Shown here one piece after another: positions 1-12,700 of a stretch of DNA of 64,000 nucleotides. The position numbers were made by a program, and so were the translations under genes. The stretch spans positions 62,001 to 126,000 of the forward strand of contig OZ237770.1 in NCBI GenBank assembly GCA_965178125.1, in the 5' to 3' direction. Source of the DNA: Bilabrum cf. latius (taxonomy: Eukaryota). The notes below the pieces were generated by a model. The model had not been told where the DNA came from. It saw only the letters and a program-made list of their open reading frames with translations, and did no database searches. Numbering within the stretch: position 1 is the first letter of the stretch; each line of letters starts with the position of its first letter.

Positions 1-2
1 AA

Positions 3-2012
3 TTCCCCACACGAGGCCCCGCTATCAAAGTGCTCTTTGACGCACTACTCGCTATGCCAGCTCCGCCTGAACAACCTAGGGTTTCAAAACCGGTCTCGCC
101 ACCAGAGGTTTCACACCGCCTGTCCGCCGCCCCCTCCCCGGCAGCCAGACGTACGTTGCTGTCCCAGTTAATCTTCCGGTCGCTCCCTCAAGGTGCGTAG
201 CTGGCCAATACAAAAGATCGTCCCGCGCACAGCCTCTGCCCACTAGCCATGGCATCTACCCTGGCCTCTGCGGCACGTCAGGCGGCAGCGGCACGCAAGG
301 ATCAGCCCCCAGCGTGGGCAAGAGCATCACTACCAGAGGTTGGAGCTCGTGTCGGCTAGCCTTTTTCCTTCGGCTCATTCTCGGAGATTACTGGCTCAAT
401 CAGATAGAAAAATCAGGCGGCCGCAGGGGCGGCGGCGCTGGCGGTGGAGACGGCAACTAGCATAGAGGGAACTGTGCCGCGCAGATATAGAGAAGCTGAT
501 GATGTCGCTGCTGCTGCCGTTGAACAGAATGGCGCGGCCAGCAAGACGGTTGCACTGGGGTACGCTGTGCCGCGTGATGCGCCTGAAGAAGCTGATGCTG
601 TCGCTGCTGCTGCCGTTGGGCAGAGTGGCGCGGCCAGCAAGACGGTTGCACCGAGGCACGATGTGCCGCGTGATGCGCCTGAAGAAGCTGATGCTGTCGC
701 TGCTGCTGCCGTTGGGCAGAGCAGCGCGGCCAGCAAGACGGTTGCTCCGGGGTACGCTGTGCCGCGTGATGCGCCTGACGAAGCTGATGCTGGCGCTGCT
801 GCTGCCGTTGGGCAGAGCAGCGCGGCCGGCAAGAAGGTTGCTCCGGGGTACGCTGTGCCGCGTGATGCGCCTGACGAAGCTGATGCTGTCGCTGCTGCTG
901 CCGTTGGGCAGAGTGGCGCGGCCAGCAAGAAGGTTGATCCGGGGTACGCTGTGCCGCGTGATGCGCCTGACGAAGCTGATGCTGTCGCTGCTGCTGCCGT
1001 TGGGCAGAGTGGCGCGGCCAGCAAGAAGGTTGCTCCGGGGTACGCTGTGCCGCGTGATGCGCCTGACGAAGCTGATGCTGTCGCTGCTGCTGCCGTTGGG
1101 CAGAGCAGCGCGGCCAGCAAGAAGGTTGCTCCGGGGTACGCTGTGCCGCGTGATGCGCCTGAAGAAGCTGATGCTGTCGCTGCTGCTGCCGTTGGGCAGA
1201 GCAGCGCGGCCAGCAAGAAGGTTGATCCGGGGTACGCTGTGCCGCGTGATGCGCCTGACGAAGCTGATGCTGTCGCTGCTGCTGCCGTTGGGCAAACTGG
1301 CGCGGCCAGCAAGGAGCTCCCGGCTACATCTCCAGGACTCGAAGTACCGGAGGCCCACTTACCGGCACCAGAAGCGAACTCTCACCCTCCCAACCTCCTT
1401 CGCACGGAAGATCTTCGCTAGTGTTGGACCACGCACCTCACCAGGTTGAGCTAGATTCGAAGGGTGGTTCGGGTGCAGGTCAACCCGCACGGCAAGCGAC
1501 CTGCCCTGCACACGAACATCATTGCCATACATAGACTCCGATGCCCTAGTTGTAAACAACCCAAGAGCTGTATCGTGCTTTCAGCACTGTAGCAGCTTGT
1601 GGAGAAAGGTGTACCGCTTCAAGACTTCATTACCGCCCAACGACCAAAAGCACTAGCACACCGATGGACCAGACACGCCCAACCCTCCGATGCTGTCGGT
1701 ACCATGGTGTCAGACTTGTTGTCAGAAGGTGTAGCTCGCCATGTGCCGGCTGAGGGCCTCATTGGGGAACCCCTGCGACATTTCATCGTCACGTCTAAGG
1801 ACTACATCTTGAGCGAGAGCGGCCTTCGCAAGGAAGAAGCAGGCGACGGTAGGAAGCCACGGCTTGTCATGGACGGTCGGCCTCTCTCCGCTATATCCCA
1901 ACGAGCTCCGTTCTCAATGGCGGGCATACATCATTTTGCTGCCAACCTTCAGTCCCGCAGTCACATGTTCAGCGTGGATATCAGCGCTGCGTACTACCAC
2001 CTCTCTGGGTGA
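3..2012 (+). CDS. Retrotransposon pol-like ORF (repeat region plus N-terminal half of reverse transcriptase), truncated before YxDD
   Basis: One frame with no TAA/TGA from 3 to 2009. Six in-frame TAGs (198, 357, 405, 1419, 1452, 1590) join track ORFs 444-1421 and 1599-2012. Confidence 0.7.
472..1313 (+). repeat. 96-bp coding tandem repeat, about 9 copies (YAVPRDAPEEADAVAAAAVGQSGAASKKVAPG)
   Basis: Units start at 561, 657, 753, 849, 945, 1041, 1137 and 1233, with a degenerate first unit before them. Confidence 0.95.
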
Positions 2013-2078
2013 TACATGCGATTAGCTTTATCACTCTATGCGCGCGTCTCTATCAACCAGGCCAGGCACCGTACAGAA
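2003..2078 (+). repeat. Terminal repeat B1 (5'-truncated), identical to 2333-2408
   Basis: 76-bp exact match, ctctgggtgatacatgcg...gtacagaa. Confidence 0.92.
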
Positions 2079-2186
2079 TTGGTAATTCGAAGCGAAGGTT
2101 CGCGAAGATAGAGGGTTCTAAACGGAACTACGGCCGTTGATGCTCAGCTCAGTTGTGAGCAGAGCTATAGAGACGTACTTTGTTTC
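2079..2186 (+). repeat. Terminal repeat A2, identical to 35077-35184
   Basis: 108-bp exact match, ttggtaattcgaagcg...tactttgtttc. Confidence 0.92.
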
Positions 2187-2408
2187 CCCACCCGCCCAAT
2201 ACACGGCTGCGGGGCTTCACTTTGGTCTAGTTTATTGCGTGTATTGATTACCCATTGCCCACCCGGGGGACGGCCCCCAGATCCCCAAGATCCAGGGAAC
2301 CGCGCCCCGGAGTGGCCCGTTTTCACCACTCACTCTGGGTGATACATGCGATTAGCTTTATCACTCTATGCGCGCGTCTCTATCAACCAGGCCAGGCACC
2401 GTACAGAA
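2187..2408 (+). repeat. Terminal repeat B2 (inferred full length)
   Basis: The last 76 bp match 2003-2078. The left boundary is inferred from the end of repeat A. Confidence 0.65.
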
Positions 2409-4314
2409 ACAATTATCTGGCGGAACTGCAGATCCGGAATCCGGATCAGGTAGTTGCTCGTGCTATCAGCACCATTTCGGCTAATGCATTGCTCCAAAAG
2501 GCGCGCACCACGTAATTTTGGAATGCAGAGCCTACCTGCTTGCTGGTACCCCGCACGGTACCACCAGTGCCAACATGGGACAGTGGATCGCGCCTGCCGT
2601 GATACGAGGCCGAATCTATACGTCCAGGATCTACAGCTCCTACCACAACGGGCACTCTTTGCAGATCACAACTTCCACCCTGTGAATTGCCAACCATGTT
2701 TCGTAGATATCATGCCTGTCTCAATGCCGAAGTCTAGGCTGGCTCGGCAGACTTGCACTAGGTTGGCCTGATGCAGCTGGTATAAACCGCTCGATAATCA
2801 GGCTCTGGAGCTAAATTGTCGCTTGGGAGGCTAGACTTAACTTGTTCAGCTTACTCGATGCATGTTGAGATATTGCGGCACCCTACAAGTCCCACAGCCA
2901 TCCATCGTATCGAGTCCATTTGCGCGGTGCTCTACCCATCGCTTGCAGCATTAGAAACCAAAATGGCTGCCACACACTAACAAGAACTAATGAAAAAGGC
3001 AGATTAAATTTCGCCGTAACGCATGTGCGTATTCATCAATGAATATCCAGGTGCGGTGCGAATTCCGCCAGATTCTCTAACGACATGGTGATGCTACTAG
3101 TAGCATCATGCTACTAGTACTCCGCAAGTCACCGTGACGTCTTCAATTAGTCTGCACCAGCACGCCTGCCCCTGATAAGTTTAATTACACATATTGCAAC
3201 GTGCGGAATGGATTGATGGACGAGCACATAAACTGCCAGACATCGTGGGGTGCTTCTTGACTGCCTCGTCACCCCATCAGCAAGTTGGTGCCCGTACAGC
3301 ATCCGCTACCCCGTCTCCGTCAAAAGTAGGCTTGCATTGCGCCTCAATCGATTCCATGCTGGAGGTACGATATACATCCATAGGAGTCACTTTACTGCCC
3401 TGGATATGATACCATTTGACTGCACTGCGTCTCGCCTCGGTTGTCCGAACGGCAGTTGCAACAATAGTGAGCACCTGCAGGTACACCATATTAAGCGCGG
3501 CAACCTTCCGGCACAGAACGTTACTCCAACCATATTGAAGCTTCCCCCACCGCGTCACGCGTCGACCAATCATCTCATGAGCAGTGCAGGATAATCATGT
3601 GAACCTGTGCCTAACCACGAATCGAAACGAACCATGCCAGTGAAGACCCTCTGCAGGGAATTCTATGGTGATGAACGATGTAGGCGGGACCAGTTATCAT
3701 ATTTATGCTATGCGAGCGATAGCAAGCCACGCACAGCGCCCGTGCGCCCCCGCCGATCTTGCAGCACGGCTGCGGAGAGGCCGCGCGACAGCCGTGACTA
3801 CTAGTACTTGTAGTACCCCACAAGCCAAAGCTTGTATGAAACAATGCACAATGCTACATCGCTCACTAGGCAGGTTCCCATGATTCCCGGCATAAGTCGT
3901 GCCAATTTGCTCGCGCGCGCCCTGATTGCGCATTTGGATGTGGCCGCTTCGGCATTCACGCATCTCGCTGTTACTGGCAGTGGGGCCGATAGCCGCGCAT
4001 TAGCTGGACCTTGCAAGGATCATGTAGAGGTTGGCAAGTCTTCCATCGATAGCCGGGTCTGTCCGATACCTGTGATCCTTCCTACTGGATCAAACGCAAT
4101 CGATGGCCCTGCAACATCCTAACTTGGGCCTCACGCGCTGTGAGCGAATGCCTGGGTGCTCTGAGCACAGCTTCACTCGATGCAACTGGATAGCAATAGA
4201 TCACACGCGTGCACACATCTCACACATCTGCACGGCACTACTTTAGAGCTGCAAATCCTCATGCAAGCCAGCTCCTCTTCTGCATCGTCATGCAATCTCA
4301 CACTTGTCGTCGGG

Positions 4315-5080
4315 TCATTTCAGGATCTCATACCGAATCAGCTCGTCCACCAGCTGCAAGATTTCTTCATCTCCATTCGGGTCGGGCGAGGTGACGCTCC
4401 TCAGCTTGGCGCAGATGGACGTCCTCGCCTCCGTGCCTCCCCTCAGGAACTTGGTGCAGGAGACGCTCCTCCGGATGGTGCCTCGGTAGGGTTTGGACCT
4501 GCCCTCGAGCCCTCCCACCGGCCGGAAATTCACCTGCACCTGGAAGCCCCGCACCTTCCCCAGGTCGTGCTCTGCGAAGCCGATGCTGCCGATCTCACCC
4601 GCGAACTCTTGGTCCTCCCGGTGCACCGCCCACTTCCCATCGCCGAATGATGCCTGCCAGCCGCTGAGGTCCGTGTACATGAAATCCCGGTGTAGCCGCA
4701 GAGCCACCTTCCGGTTGGACAGCCGCACCACAGTGACGGCCCCGCCGCCCGCTTGCTCGAGTAGATCCATGGCGCACTGCCTAGCGTACACAGGCTCTTC
4801 CAGCAGCCGGATGATGTTGGCCGACCGCTCCATCCGGGTGGTCTGTGCCGCTCTCCCGCCCCTCCTGCTGCTGAGGATCCGCACCAGCCAGCGGGCCATG
4901 GTGCCCTCGGGGGCCCACCGATCCGGCACCATCCCTCGCAGCGCAGCCTTGCTGGTGGAGGGACCACCCCTGCGGCCTGCAGTGCGGCCCCGCGCTCCCC
5001 TAGCACCAGCACCAGCACCAGCACCAGCACCAGCACCAGCACCAGCACCAGCACCAGCACCAGCACCAGCACCAGCACGG

Positions 5081-5112
<32 letters not shown>

Positions 5113-7350
5113 CGGTGCAGTGGATACTGCGCCGCCCCTTGCGGAACCGGATGGGGATGACATCGACCGGCACCGAGCAGACGGCGGCGGCAGAACGGGT
5201 GAAGGAATGGACTCCATCGCATAGGCGGCATCGTGCAGTGCACGTGCACCATCGTGTAGTGCACCTTGAGGAGTGTTCTGTGCAGCCTCTGCTGCGGCAG
5301 CCGCCACCGACAAGCCATAGATGCCAGCCAGCGAGCCTAAGGCTGAGGCTGAGGGAACAGATGACGATGGTGGCCCCAGGGCAAGCGCAGCATCAGTGGT
5401 GGCTTTTGCGGCCATAGCCAACGCCGGGAGGCCAGATCCCGACCCTGCGCCCCGCCCATGCTTCGTCCCCCTGCTGCTGGCACCTGTCCTTCTTGCGACT
5501 CGGCTCTTGCGCCGTGTGGAGGGTGCCGACGGGGACGGGTGCGAAGATGAGGCACCAGCTGCGTTGTTTCCCATGGCCATCGCGCCGTCAGTAAGCCAGT
5601 CCAGCGAGCCCCCAGCCCGTTGTGGGGGGCGCGCCCGTTCCCAGGAGGACACACCCTGCTGGACCTGGGGTCCACCTTGGAACTAGTTCCCATGGTGGCC
5701 AGGGCCGGGGCCATGGCCGGCCATTTCCGCACCGTGCCCATGGAAAGGCAGCTGCCTGCTTGGATCCTGGCCCTGCATCGCTGTTGGAACCGATGCTGGG
5801 CTGAGTGACTGCAGCACATCGCGGCGTCTCTCGATTTCCGCCTGGAGCGCATCGAGTTCTCGGTGTCTCTGCTGCATCAAGCCCTGCTGGTACTAAAGCA
5901 GCTGGTCCTGCCTCCTGAGCTGCTCGTCCTGTTGCCGGATCTGCAGCTACCTCTGCCCTTGCTACGCCATCCACTGCTGCTGCTGCTAGTTCAAGTGCCA
6001 CAGCTGCTGCTGCTACACCTGCTGCTGGTACAGCTGCTGCTGCTGGTCTAGCTGCTGACTTAATTCATAGTCTGGGTGCATATCAGAGTTCTATGCTGCC
6101 ACAGTGGGCTGCACCTACTCGCGCCAAGCAATGCTAGCCCCGCTCATCGCCTGTTCTGACCCAGCAGAAGCAGATCCTGCCAACGCTGCCGGCCACCTGC
6201 GGTCGGGACCAGCACGGAGCAAGGCTTTGCCGACATCGTCAGTGTCCCAGGTACCCGCATGATCAAGTGCAGCGCCGGTCACGGTGCTTTGGTGCTGCCC
6301 TAGGAATGCACGCGTTGCACTGCTGGCGGCGCCGTGCGTGCTGGCGCTGGTCACATGGTTGGCATGGGCTTGACGAGGAGCCTCGGCGCTCTAGGCCTAC
6401 AGCGGCTCGTACGCGGCACCGTCGCGGCCTAGTGGAATCTGCCGGCTCAGCAGCTGCGTCCAGTTGATGGCGGGGCCACCAGGCCTCCCCGCCGCATGCC
6501 GCATCTCATCCTGGCCCCAGGTCACGGCAGTCGAGCCCTGGTCGCTGACATCCTAGGACGCTTGCTGCTGTATGGTCCGGGGCGGGTGCATCGTTTGTCC
6601 CGCGGCGGCTGGTCCTGTGCTGGCGGCAATCGACCCGCCCAGCCCTCTGAATGCCCCCACTGGCATCGGCACGCTGATGGCTGGCACGGGTGGCAGCGTG
6701 GCCCTGCCCAGCTACTGCTTGAGAGCGTCCACAGTCACTGGAGGCGTGTCGGTTTCGGGTGCAGGGGCAGCGGATTGGGTTTCCGTAGTCGTGTCTGCCT
6801 GTACCGGCCGCTGAATCGCAAAAGAAAAAGTGACCGGAGCGTCGTTGGATCGCATGAATCCGGTTGAATGCACCATGCTCCGCTGTTTGTTGTCGGTTGA
6901 CTGCACCATGCTCCATTGGGTGTTGATAGTTTCAGCATCGTGCTGTCGTTGTTGTGCCTCGCTCCCTCGCAAGCCAAAACCAGAACCAGACCTAATGTAA
7001 GGACCAGGGCCACCAGGCGGAACCACGGACAATGACGCGACCGCTGCGGTAGATCTTGTCTGTGTAGAAGCTGTTTTGTCTCGCCATGTTGGCCCGGTTA
7101 CAATGGTAGCGCTGGTAACGTGGTCGGGAACGGTCGGCGGCGCAGCCGCAGTATCCACAATCCCCGTCAAAGTGAGCGCTTCTTGTCTGTTCCTGCCGGA
7201 CACACCCCCGAGTAAACCGGTATCGCCCCTTGTCATTGAATGAGAGCTGGCTTCATTCTCAGTAGCAGGGCCGTTTCCTAGCCTTGGGCGCGTGGGCTCC
7301 AAAAGTGGGCTTGCAGCTGGCGCAGAAGCGGCGCCATTGCGCACTCCCAT
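4315..7350 (-). CDS. Gln-rich low-complexity hypothetical protein (about 1,010 aa; may have an upstream exon)
   Basis: Track ORFs 6712-7440, 6115-6354, 5683-5880 and 4315-5652 share a frame and are separated only by 12 TAGs. The gene ends at TGA 4315-4317. An acceptor-like TTTTGCAG lies near 7358. Confidence 0.8.
5003..5113. repeat. (GCACCA)n and (GATGAC)n microsatellites encoding poly-GA and poly-S
   Basis: Directly visible. Confidence 0.9.
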
Positions 7351-9703
7351 GGAATCCTGCAAAAGTAGTAGCACAATAAGTTTTTCTTGAGATACACATA
7401 CTGATGTAGCTACTAAGAAACAGCAGTTCATGTACATCAAGCGTTCGATTCATAATGTTGTGTGTGTGGCATGCGCTGACCATCATGCGCTCAAGCCAGG
7501 AATACGGAAGGCTGAGATCCTGATCTACGGTCTGCAGGAAGTCAATTGCCGTAGTAGGGCATATATATGCGAATTCTGCGGTACGCGACTGCTCTGCTCA
7601 CATCAGCCCCGTCAGCTTGGCGCATCTAGTGACGGATCGGTTTACCGTGCAAGGCGTGCTTCTAATCACGTGGATCTGCAGTGATACTAAAGAGATGGCA
7701 CACACTATGCAGTACTGTACATACCTTTATTGTCGTGTGCGTATCAATGGGAGCCCGACTTGGATTCTGATCATCCGAAGCATCTTCTCCAGATCGCCAG
7801 GATGTATGGAACAGATTCCACGGCTTGAGATCGACTAAGACAAGAATGCCAAACTTGTTGACTAATATCCAGTACGAAAGTAAGCAAACATCGTTTCACA
7901 CCAACAAAACACAACGTTCTCACCATCCTACTGTGGGACGTACGATTCCGTCCTTCGTTGCGTCCGAGCTGGAGGCGCGTCGTCATCGTTTGGAGCAAGC
8001 TCTGTGGCGTCATCCCTCCGCCGTTTCATCGAAACTTAGGATCTGTTGGATGTGATGGGTCAAGCGGCACCGTTTGCCGGAAGGCTCCTCAGTATTGCCT
8101 TGGTTCGAAGAAGTGTATGTCGGTCTTGACTACGGAGCGTGTCGGTCTCAGTAAGGGCTTCTTCACCAGTGGTTCAAATGAGACTGGTTTATATACACCA
8201 AAACTAGACACATGCGGCCAAGACAGTTCCAGCAAGGGTAGCAATTGGTCACTGAATGGTCCTGATGTGCTGATTGATGAGGTCCAATGGAAGTGCGCGG
8301 CGCCGCCGGCGCGGTGGCACTGGACGACGCGATCCAAATGCCGACGCCAGAGTCGAAGCACCTCAACCGCGAACGCGCTGGGAATCGGCGGAGAACTTGC
8401 AATGCTCATGATTGGCGAAAATGTGCAGATACATAGTCAGGACAATTTTGCGTGAAAGAAGGCGATCCATCCCCATACTTCATGCTTTACGTCTATTTAG
8501 CCAGAAGTAGAAATGACACCACATTCAATGGCGTGCTCATGTGCTTAATAGTGTGAATGCGGGACGTGTGTGATTCTGCGGCATGTGCGCTGTGTAACGC
8601 AGAGAAGATAGGCCTGTTGCGGCTCAGAATCATGTTCGCAAGATGGACAGCACACAACACAGGTCCTGCAGTGCTATAAGTATGCGCGTTAACATGACCT
8701 CGGGTGGAGTGGTGTTGTGATTGTTGTTATGATATTCGTAAGGGTATCGGATGCATGAAATTGCAAGTCGAACCATTCAAAGTCGCGCGTCGAGTAGAAT
8801 GGCAAGAATGGGCGTGCCCCCCACACGGGCCCTTATCATATCAGGCCACACACTCAGGCATTAGAACGGCAGCCGTTTGGTTGCGCAATTACTTTTCTGT
8901 GCCACGTTTCGTGCACCCACTCGAGAGGTTCCGCAAGAGCCTAAGTAGACGAGCGCGCACCAACATCCATGGACAGCAGCGAATGCATGTTTTTCTGCGG
9001 ATGAACTGAGTCCTGGACCCGTTGTCAATTTAATAATCAATGCAGTGACGCAGCTGGTGCTTGGCATGCATGGCCCGGGATCCATGGTCCGCACATGCAG
9101 GATGCCATCAGCTCGACGCACCGCGTTGTCAGCAACATCAGTCTGGAGGTCCGTTCTCCACGACTTGCGGCGACATGGAAATAAACCGATTCGAGTGCAG
9201 ACCTTTCCGCGACACCAGCGCACGCCACTGCTGCGGTCCATCCGGATTCCATGGTATGACTGCTTGGAACTGGCACCGTCAGAGATTCGATCCGTCCTGC
9301 TGCGCCGTGCATCGAAATGCATCGCCAGCGTGCTGCCAATGCCGCATAATGCACCCCATTGAAACAGTTTGCTCGGCTCGTGACCTATAATGGCACCAGC
9401 AGACGTCACAGGTGATTGGAGGCGTCCGGTCCTCGCCAAACGCCCTCACAAATCTCTTCGTGCATTATGGCCCGAAAACCTGCCCAAAAATGACTGCCTC
9501 TGCGTAGCCCTACCCCGAGGCTATCGGCTCGTACCATTCAAATCCCCCGGATATCAGGCAACTACAACATGCTATTGGTGTCCGATGCATGCTTCTAGAT
9601 TGTGATGCCTCACTGTGACCTTCCGATGTCTCCGCACTACTACAGCCACGGGGTGTTGCAACACATTCCAGGGATGTCAGCTGTGCAGCTGCAAGCCTTC
9701 TGT

Positions 9704-12700
9704 TTACCTGCACTTCTGCAGCGCGGTCCCAACCACCTTGCCGAGGACATCCACCGCCTCCTGCTCGGAGAGAATCAGCCCTTTGGAGGGGCGCACACCC
9801 ACGAGCACCCGAGTCGATGAATCCTCTACTACCATCGATGCGTCATCGCCAGCCGCCACAATCATGCCCGCTGTCGATGGCCCAGCTCCGGGCCCCGAGA
9901 GCCACACCGAGTCCTGGCACGACTCCCCAGCACCTGCTGCCAATGCCAGTCCACCCGTGGATCCATCCGCTCCTTCTGCGTGGACGCCAGCACCAGCACT
10001 GGATGCATCTCCTCCTGATGTCGGTCTCGGCTCGCCAACCGCCATTTCACCAGGCAATCGAACTGCAACGCCGTCGGCAGGCACCACCACGCTCTCCAGC
10101 CGGAACCGGGCTTGCACCGCCTGCCCCCAGGCGTCTGAAGTCGCATGCGCACTTCCGTCGCCCCCATTGCCGGCACCAGCCCCAGCATCCCCGCTCCCGC
10201 TCCCAGAGGCACCCGCACCCGCAGCCCCTGCGACAGACAAGGGCGGGCTCACCAGTGCACCCAGCCAGCCCGCAGCCCGCCGTAGCATGCCACCCTCGCC
10301 GATGCTCCCTGATTTGTTCCCTGGTTCAGGCCGTGCGTCTGTTTCGGACCCGCCTTCTTCGGCACTTCGGTGCGATGCTCCCGAGCGAGCCGCGATCTTT
10401 CTGGCAGCCTCCAAGGCGTCCGAGCTTCCACCAGCATGCGATGCATCTGTCCCAGCCGATAGTGTCGAGTCCTGTGACTGGCGCTCGGCATCGGGTGCCG
10501 CGGTGATGCGTGGTTCCGCAATGGCCAGCAGCACCGGCTGCTACTCTGACGGCTTTGAGGCTGCCGCGTTCTTGCCGTGCGCAGCAGCACTGCCAGTGGT
10601 TGTTCCCCGGGCGACTCCGCTGGCGCTTGCACCACCTTGCGATGCACCCTCATCGTCGCTGCTTTCCCCGCCGGACAGCATCCCGGCCGCCGCCGAGCCA
10701 GGTCTGAAATGTGGTGTGACGAGTGCGCTGCGCTACACCATGGCCCTGGCACCGGGCCCCACGATCAGCAGCAGCCTCGGCTCCGCACTCGCCACACCTG
10801 CATCGCCGACCCGCGAGGTCCTCTTCACCGGGACGATGCCCACATGCTGCGGCAGGCCAGCGATCCAGGGCCCGCCCAGCCGCACCCACACAAGCCCCCG
10901 CGCTAATGTGGGTTGGCTGCCAGGCACCGAGCAAGAATCCACCGGTGGGTACTCCAGCGGTGGGCCTCGCGCAAGTGCAGTCCCGATCTTGCGGAACTCG
11001 AGCCCGAGGGCGGTGTCCTTGACGGTGGGCAGCAGCGGAACCGACCCTTTGCTCGATTGCGCGGTGCCAGGGGAAGCCACTTTGTCCACCCCTTCCACGT
11101 CCACCTTGTCCATCCCGTGCCAGTGACCCCCCGGGAGCAATCGCCTGGATTTCGCCAGAGCCCGCACAGCTCGCCTGCACCCCTTGCGGCGCTTGGCCCT
11201 GCGCGCTGCCTTCTGCTCTGGGCTTTCCTTTGCTGGCTGGTGCTTCTGCTTGATAGGCTTTGCCTTGGCGCCTTTGTGGCTTGCTCCTTGCCCGCCTACT
11301 GAGCCGGTCGTGGGTGTTTCGGTCGAGGCTGCGTTCGTCACACCATCGTTGGATTCAATCGCACCACCGTGCGATGCACCTGTGCTACTCGATGTGGACC
11401 ACGTGGAGGGTGGTGGGTCTGCGGCGCCGCCGAACCAGTTGGAAATGGTGCGGAACCGGCGAGCCGCCGCCTCGCGGCCGGCCTCCAACCGGTGCTGCAG
11501 GGACTCCCGGATGGTCGTAGCGCCTGCACCACCGTGTGATGCACCTTCGGGTGCTGCGGAGGAACCCGAAGGTGCGAGGCCAGGTACCGCACCGGATTGC
11601 GCGGCGCCATCACCCTCTCCAAAGAGCAGACGGCCGAGCACCGTGGTGGACGACGATCTGGGACGGGACTCTTCACTCGTCACACCAGACGACCCCACGC
11701 TGCTTCGAGACCCGACCCTGTTACGCTTCAGCGTTCTTCCCTTCCCTGCACCTTGCTTGTTCCCTGGCTCGATCCATCGCGCCCGCGGCATTGGAGCCGG
11801 CTCGTCGGCGTAGTCTTCATCCGATCCGATGTCATCCACGTCATCTGCAGCGGCGTATGCACTACTCGAGCCGCCCTATGATCCGGTGTGACCACTATCT
11901 CCGGTTTGACCGCCCTTGTTCTCTCCTCGCACCAGCGCCTTGCCTCCCTGCAGACGGTGTGCCGCTGCCCCTCGTACTCGCATTTCGTCCAGCAGCCACG
12001 GCCAGGGAACAGCTCGGAGAGAACGTTCGCTGCGGGTATTTCTATGAGTTCCCTTCTCAGCATCATCGACAGACACTCCAGGGCCAGCCCCAGGGCCACC
12101 ACCTCCGCCCTCGGTCTTGGTCTTGGCTGTCCCAGCCGATGGAGCCTCGAAGCTTTGCCCGCTATCCTCGTCCCTGCCGCATTCATCGATGCCCTCTTGT
12201 TCCTTCTCCTTCTCATTCTCCCCCTCCTATTCCTGTTCCTTCTCTATCTTATCCAACTCCAGCCCCTCGCCGTGCAATGACACCGCCAATGACTCGCGGT
12301 CACCAGCACCCATGCTGCGGTACGCCGCCACCACTCGTGCAAACCCACCCGCCACCACGCTAACTCTCTAGAACCCCCTTTGCAGCAGGTACAGCGGCAG
12401 CAGCTTAGATGCCTCACCGCTGCTGTACGCCGCCTCCGGGCCGGCAGACATGTCCGTTGAGTTCCCGCCCAGCGACCTTCCCGTTGACATCACCGCAACG
12501 TGAGCCCCGGCCTGGTTCAGATCCCTGAGTCCTTGGAGCGCGGCTGCCAGCGCGTCAGGACTCTCCAGAAGGCAAGGGTCTAGGTTCACAGCGCCCTGGA
12601 TCCGGAGCCCGTCTGCCAGTGCGGCGTGGGGCCGGCAGTCTAGCAGCAGGTACTGGGGGGCTGCTGGGGCGGCGCGTGATTCGGATTTAGCTCTGCCCGT

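Larger units (their letters stand above)
1..2408 (+). mobile_element. Internally deleted tyrosine-recombinase (DIRS/Ngaro-like) retrotransposon, right part
   Basis: RT motifs KPRLVMDGRPL...FSMAGI...MFSVDISAAYYHL resemble DIRS-class RT. They are followed by a B1(partial)-A2-B2 split direct repeat arrangement at 2003-2408. Confidence 0.75.

Noticed and set aside
2450-4200. Possible gene (3607-4122 joins across two TAGs)
   Set aside because: No recognisable motif, and a TAA at 3592 breaks the frame; insufficient support.
9615-11126. Long antisense or alternative-frame ORFs (e.g. 9615-11126, 29921-30988, 55479-57128)
   Set aside because: These are shadows of GC-rich genes or repeats on the other strand or frame, with no motifs.
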